The notes below the pieces were generated by a model. That model was not told where the DNA came from. It was given only the letters and a program-made list of their open reading frames with translations, and did not search any database. A stretch of DNA of 57,639 nucleotides from an uncultured virus (IMG/VR IMGVR_UViG_3300024999_000051) (lineage: Duplodnaviria > Heunggongvirae > Uroviricota > Caudoviricetes). The stretch is taken from IMG/VR virus record IMGVR_UViG_3300024999_000051; one strand, given 5' to 3'. Below are positions 53,231 through 57,639 of this stretch, one piece after another. The first letter of the stretch is position 1. Every line of letters starts with the position of its first letter. Made by a program: the position numbers and the translations under genes.

Positions 53231-54298
53231 ATGGTGATAATTATTCCTAGAGAAACATTTAAAAAACAAATAACTTCTCCAGAACTAACAGCACAATTTA
53301 ATCCTGAAAATGTAAAATTGGTTAATAGATTTCTAAAATACAAAAACACCTCAAAGAGCGATGGTACTGTAACTGGCTATACATCGGACTTGAATATCTT
53401 TTTCACTTGGAATTTATTGGAAAATGATAACAAGTTATTTACGGATATGAAGAAAATTGAGTTTGCAGATTTCTTTAGTTATGGAGTAGAAGAATTACAT
53501 TGGAGTGCTAATAGATTTAGTAGAATTAGGTCTGCTTTGAGTTCATTGTCAGAGTTCATTGAAAGATTTTATGATGAAACATATGTTAATTATCGTAATA
53601 TTGTGCTAAAAGCAGTAGATTTAATGCCAAAGTCTCCTGTTAGAGAAAAGACAATCCTATCCGAAGAACAGATTGATTATTTATTGGATCATTTGAAAAA
53701 CACATTAAAAAGACCACAAGAGGCATGTCTTTTGGCATTAGCTATTAGTTCAGGAGCAAGAGTTAGCGAATTACTTAGGTTTAAAACATCTATTATTGAT
53801 GAAAATAATATTGCATGGGACTTATTTTTAGAAACCTTAAAGCCAATAAAAACGAAAGGTTTTACAAAACAAGGCAAACCACTAATAAAATACATAGTGA
53901 AAGATATATTTCTACCATATTACAATGATTGGTTAATTGAAAGAGAAAAAGTTATGAAGAAATATAATATGGATCATGACTCTATTTTTATAACAAGAGA
54001 TGGCAAACCTGCAACAATACATACTATTAGGGGTTGGATTGAAAAGTGGGATGATTTTATGGAAGATTCGATATATTTCCACAATTTTCGACATTATACA
54101 GTCACATATTTAACAAAAATAGGTTTAGAATCCGATTTTATTATTGAAATTATGGGATGGTCGTCAAGTGAAATGTATCGAATTTACAATGATTTAACAG
54201 CAAAAGATAGACAATGGAAAGGTTTAGATAAACTTAAAGCTCATTTAGATAATAAAGAAGTTATTGAAGAAGAGGATAAAGTTGAAGAAGATAAATAA
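53231..54298 (+). CDS. Tyrosine recombinase (yomM-like position)
   Basis: SGARVSEL, KTKG, HNFRH, MGW..RIY catalytic set. Confidence 0.9.
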   Translation: MVIIIPRETFKKQITSPELTAQFNPENVKLVNRFLKYKNTSKSDGTVTGYTSDLNIFFTWNLLENDNKLFTDMKKIEFADFFSYGVEELHWSANRFSRIRSALSSLSEFIERFYDETYVNYRNIVLKAVDLMPKSPVREKTILSEEQIDYLLDHLKNTLKRPQEACLLALAISSGARVSELLRFKTSIIDENNIAWDLFLETLKPIKTKGFTKQGKPLIKYIVKDIFLPYYNDWLIEREKVMKKYNMDHDSIFITRDGKPATIHTIRGWIEKWDDFMEDSIYFHNFRHYTVTYLTKIGLESDFIIEIMGWSSSEMYRIYNDLTAKDRQWKGLDKLKAHLDNKEVIEEEDKVEEDK

Positions 54299-54653
54299 AT
54301 TATAAAAATAATAGGGATTAAAATTACAAATTAATCCCTCCTCCTTCCACCCAACCCATCATCCCCAACAAAATAAAAGGACATTTTCATAGGATATTTA
54401 ACATCATGAAAGTGGCCTGTAGCAAGGGTTTTAGGATTTATAAGATTCCATAAATATAATAATTTAAAAATAATTTAAGATAGATTAAAACACCTTGAGA
54501 TAATTAAGGTGTTTTTTGATGTGTCTTAAATATGACACAAAATTAGCAGGATAGACTGATCATCGAAAAACACAAGCCTTAGTGTTTCCTGCTTTTCTTT
54601 ATTAAATTAAGGCAAAATAAAATATACACAATATTGAAAGGCGGTATTAAACA

Positions 54654-56780
54654 ATGAAAATTAAATTAATTATGGACAAAGTAAATTATCAAACTAAACC
54701 CAGTACAGACATTGGAGCAATTATCAACAGAATGAAAATCGAAAACGTAAAAGAGTATTCTATTGAAGAAATTAAGAAAAGTGTATTAGATGGTAAAACT
54801 ATTAGACCATCCTATTGTGGAGGGCAAGAAACAGATTGGATATCACAGCAAGTATTTATGATTGATATTGATAATAAACCTGTAAAGCCTAAGAAAATGT
54901 CTGATAATGATTATGAAATATTAACAGAACAATATCTTAAAGAAAATCATAGAACATATGAAGAAATAATTGAACATTGTAAAGAGATAAATATAATACC
55001 AAATTTCATTTATACTTCTTTTAATCATAAAGAAAACCACCATAAAATGAGATTAGTATTTGTACTAGATAAAGTTATAACTGATGAAAATACAGCAAAA
55101 AGAATATTGTTATATTTAATGGAATCTATAGGGGAAGTAGATGAAACATGTAAGAATCTTAATAGAATATTCTTTGCAGGTAAAAATATAGTATTTGATT
55201 CTGGTAATATATTAAATAGTAATTATATTATAGAGTTATCTAAAGATATTGTATTAGAGGATTCTAAACCTATAAAGGTTAAAAGTAATAAAATAAATAA
55301 TAATAATAAAAGTAATAATAAGGGTAAAAGTCTTATGGAAAAGTATCCTAAACTCTATAATAAAGATTATAAGATTAAGGATATTGTGAGAGGGTTAAGG
55401 GTGACTAATATATATACTTATAGAAGTTACTCCTTTAATTTAATAGTCACCCTTTCTCAACGGTTCGGAAACCCCTCTCGCGCCAAGGTTTTAGGCAATC
55501 CCAAACCTTCTTCCTCCATAAAAGAGAGATATAATATTAAAGCATTGATAAATAGGGAAGCAGAATATTTACAAACTAGTTTAAATTGCGATCCTATAGT
55601 TTTTGATAATAAGGAAGATTTTTGGTATCACATTTATTATAACATTAATATGGCTGAATTATTAGAGTTTAAATATCCTTCATCAGTTAAATGTCTATTT
55701 CACAAAGATAGTAATCCGAGTGCAAGTATATTTCAAACCAATGAAGGAAAATGGCTTTATAAATGTCATAGTGGCAAATGTGGAGTATCCATGAATACCA
55801 AACAATTGATTGAAAAACTAGGTGGTTTTAAGAGTGAATATAGAGCAATAGAATTTATAAAGACTATCTTTAATTTATCTATTAAAGAAACTCAATGGAG
55901 TATTGAACAAAAGACAAATCTTGATTTAATTATTAATACTATGAATTTAAATAAGTTTATGGATTTATGTCCTCAAACAGATAAAAATATAAGATATGTT
56001 AAAGAATTATTTTTAGTAATGGCAGGTATCGCACAGAATAATATTTATGGTGAAAATTATATGAACTCAGATGGAGATGCTGTATTCTTTGTTTCATTAG
56101 GAGAATTGGCTAGAATTACTAAAACGGCAGCAAACAATCTAAAAAGAATAAGTCAAAGACTTGCTGTTTTAACTTATCACGATTTAATAAGAAAATTAGA
56201 TGATGATAAAATTCCTCCAAAAATGCTTGCTAAAGCCCAAGCAATTGCTATAGCAAATAAAACAACACAGAGAGTAAGTTTTTATTCTATCCCCTCATGG
56301 GTATTTGATCAACTTAACAATATTGAATCCCAAGGAGTTAAATGGAAACAAAATGGATATACAGTAAAAGGTACTTCATATGAGATGTTTTATAGAACAG
56401 AAGGGTTAAAAGTTGCTCAAAATATTTACCCTCAATACAAAAAGGTTGCTTCTAAAGATATTGATTATAAAACAGGAGAAATTATAGAATCTGTTAAAGA
56501 CAGAACAACAACTAAGAAAAGTGATGAAAGAGTTGAAAATATCGTTTCTGTGGTTGAGAAATTAGTGGGAGAAAATAATTATACAACTGAAAAAGAAATT
56601 GTATTATATTTATCTGAAGAGTATAAATGGGAAGTCACCGAAATTCAGTTGCGTAAAATGAGAGGTGAGCTAGAAAAGTTAGGATACATAAGGATTAGAG
56701 CAAATAAAGAGTTAAAAGAAAGATATTCTGTTCAGAGTAATGGGTATCCAGTGATTATTTGTAAAGATGAGAAGAATTAA
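54654..56780 (+). CDS. AEP-type primase/replication protein with CHC2-like Zn finger
   Basis: FMIDID, YTSFNH..KMRLVF; CLFHKD..PSA..YKCHSGKC. Confidence 0.7.
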   Translation: MKIKLIMDKVNYQTKPSTDIGAIINRMKIENVKEYSIEEIKKSVLDGKTIRPSYCGGQETDWISQQVFMIDIDNKPVKPKKMSDNDYEILTEQYLKENHRTYEEIIEHCKEINIIPNFIYTSFNHKENHHKMRLVFVLDKVITDENTAKRILLYLMESIGEVDETCKNLNRIFFAGKNIVFDSGNILNSNYIIELSKDIVLEDSKPIKVKSNKINNNNKSNNKGKSLMEKYPKLYNKDYKIKDIVRGLRVTNIYTYRSYSFNLIVTLSQRFGNPSRAKVLGNPKPSSSIKERYNIKALINREAEYLQTSLNCDPIVFDNKEDFWYHIYYNINMAELLEFKYPSSVKCLFHKDSNPSASIFQTNEGKWLYKCHSGKCGVSMNTKQLIEKLGGFKSEYRAIEFIKTIFNLSIKETQWSIEQKTNLDLIINTMNLNKFMDLCPQTDKNIRYVKELFLVMAGIAQNNIYGENYMNSDGDAVFFVSLGELARITKTAANNLKRISQRLAVLTYHDLIRKLDDDKIPPKMLAKAQAIAIANKTTQRVSFYSIPSWVFDQLNNIESQGVKWKQNGYTVKGTSYEMFYRTEGLKVAQNIYPQYKKVASKDIDYKTGEIIESVKDRTTTKKSDERVENIVSVVEKLVGENNYTTEKEIVLYLSEEYKWEVTEIQLRKMRGELEKLGYIRIRANKELKERYSVQSNGYPVIICKDEKN

Positions 56781-56953
56781 AAATTTATTTTTATCTATCT
56801 TTAATATATCATAACAAAAATCCAATCTCAATTAATCTACAATCAAATCACACGCACTACAATCGTATGTGTTGAGTCAGAATTGATTGTTGATATATTT
56901 GTATGGGTCTGAATAATTTTGAGTTATTAGATGGATTAAATTAATAAAAGAAA

Positions 56954-56979
56954 AGAGACTCTAGTGGATTAGAGTCTCT
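56954..56979. terminator. Terminator hairpin between convergent genes
   Basis: AGAGACTCTA/TAGAGTCTCT with an A-rich left flank. Confidence 0.65.
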
Positions 56980-57005
56980 ATAATAACACAATATTTACTT
57001 ATTAG

Positions 57006-57639
57006 TTATTGCACAAACTCGACTTCATGTAATCTATACATTTCTTTTACTAATACATTCACCTCATTTTCGTACAATTTACACGCAATGGCAAATAATT
57101 CATCAATTTTACCTATTGTTTCTATGTATTCTAATTTATTTCTAAGTTGTGGAGTATGAGTTTTATTGTAAGAATTTAGTCTAGCATCTAATGATAGATG
57201 ATTTTTTAGTTCGTAAGTTTTATATAACTCTTTCCACCTATCGTGAAAATTACTACATTTCATAACAACTCTATTAAGTATTTGTCTTTTATCAGCAAGT
57301 GTCATATCATCGATTAATCCCTTAATAATATCGCCTTTGTGACCTATATCAATTTTTTGTTCTTCAATAAGTTTATTTTGAGAATTTACAATTGCCAAAG
57401 TTGACTTAAACAATAATTTAATATGATCATCTGCAAATGGTAAATATGTATCAATAAATTGTTTTTCGTCAGCAACGAATCCTCCTGTCTTACGAATTGT
57501 AGGAAGAACATCATGAGTAACCCATCTTTTATATTCTTTTGCTTCTGACTTTCTACTTTTTAATATGAGTGAATATAATCCAGGTTCGCTGATTATGATC
57601 ATTTCTTGATCTCCTCCATGGGTACTGACAATGTCAGTG
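57006..57639 (-). CDS. BRO-N domain antirepressor-like protein, 5' end outside window
   Basis: IISEPGLYSLILKSRK..AK..KRWVTHDVLPTIRKTG; frame open to the window edge. Confidence 0.85.
   Translation of the reverse strand, partial: TDIVSTHGGDQEMIIISEPGLYSLILKSRKSEAKEYKRWVTHDVLPTIRKTGGFVADEKQFIDTYLPFADDHIKLLFKSTLAIVNSQNKLIEEQKIDIGHKGDIIKGLIDDMTLADKRQILNRVVMKCSNFHDRWKELYKTYELKNHLSLDARLNSYNKTHTPQLRNKLEYIETIGKIDELFAIACKLYENEVNVLVKEMYRLHEVEFVQ

Noticed and set aside
4199..53895. Many short antisense or overlapping ORFs in the track (e.g. 4199-4468, 34475-34747, 42408-42959)
   Set aside because: Shadows of longer, motif-bearing plus-strand genes
53231..54298. Prophage integrase marking an att boundary
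   Set aside because: Phage-type genes continue on both sides, no att core was found, and SPbeta-like phages carry such a recombinase in the tail region
54552..54570. Hammerhead ribozyme (CTGATCATCGAAA); also CTGATGA at ~19529
   Set aside because: The core does not fit CUGANGA-stem II-GAAA with flanking stems; the first is better explained as a leader-family member
1..57639. Reverse-transcriptase systems (DGR, retron, group II intron)
   Set aside because: No RT motifs or TR/VR pair recognised in any ORF

Overview
AT-rich segment of a large Firmicutes (probably Clostridia-infecting) phage or prophage with SPbeta-like gene order, judged from protein motifs and synteny only (no searches run). 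Left to right: a divergent early region with sigma-A promoters around a ~1.7 kb strand-skewed non-coding gap; a UvrD/PcrA helicase; a YonO-like single-subunit RNA polymerase with a DFDLD catalytic loop; PIN-PhoH, HU, tRNA-Phe and a metallophosphoesterase; a head/tail module (terminase, portal, protease-scaffold, decoration protein, major capsid, neck, tail tube); then RusA, a tyrosine recombinase, a primase/Rep protein and a partial BRO gene. About seven free-standing endonuclease genes and three antirepressor-like genes are interleaved. The ORF track misses several things: (1) an ORF-less group I intron splitting the major capsid gene; (2) a ~420-nt stem-closed candidate ncRNA with ~15 periodic ~7-nt units right behind a 225-aa helical protein gene, the best candidate for an undescribed protein-RNA system; (3) a family of covarying three-way-junction leaders with palindromic loops and RBS-directed pseudoknots before inserted genes; (4) a second family of hairpin-in-stem elements at cassette borders; (5) an endonuclease insertion beside a duplicated gene 3' end; (6) ori-like palindromes and a dispersed ~22-bp motif.
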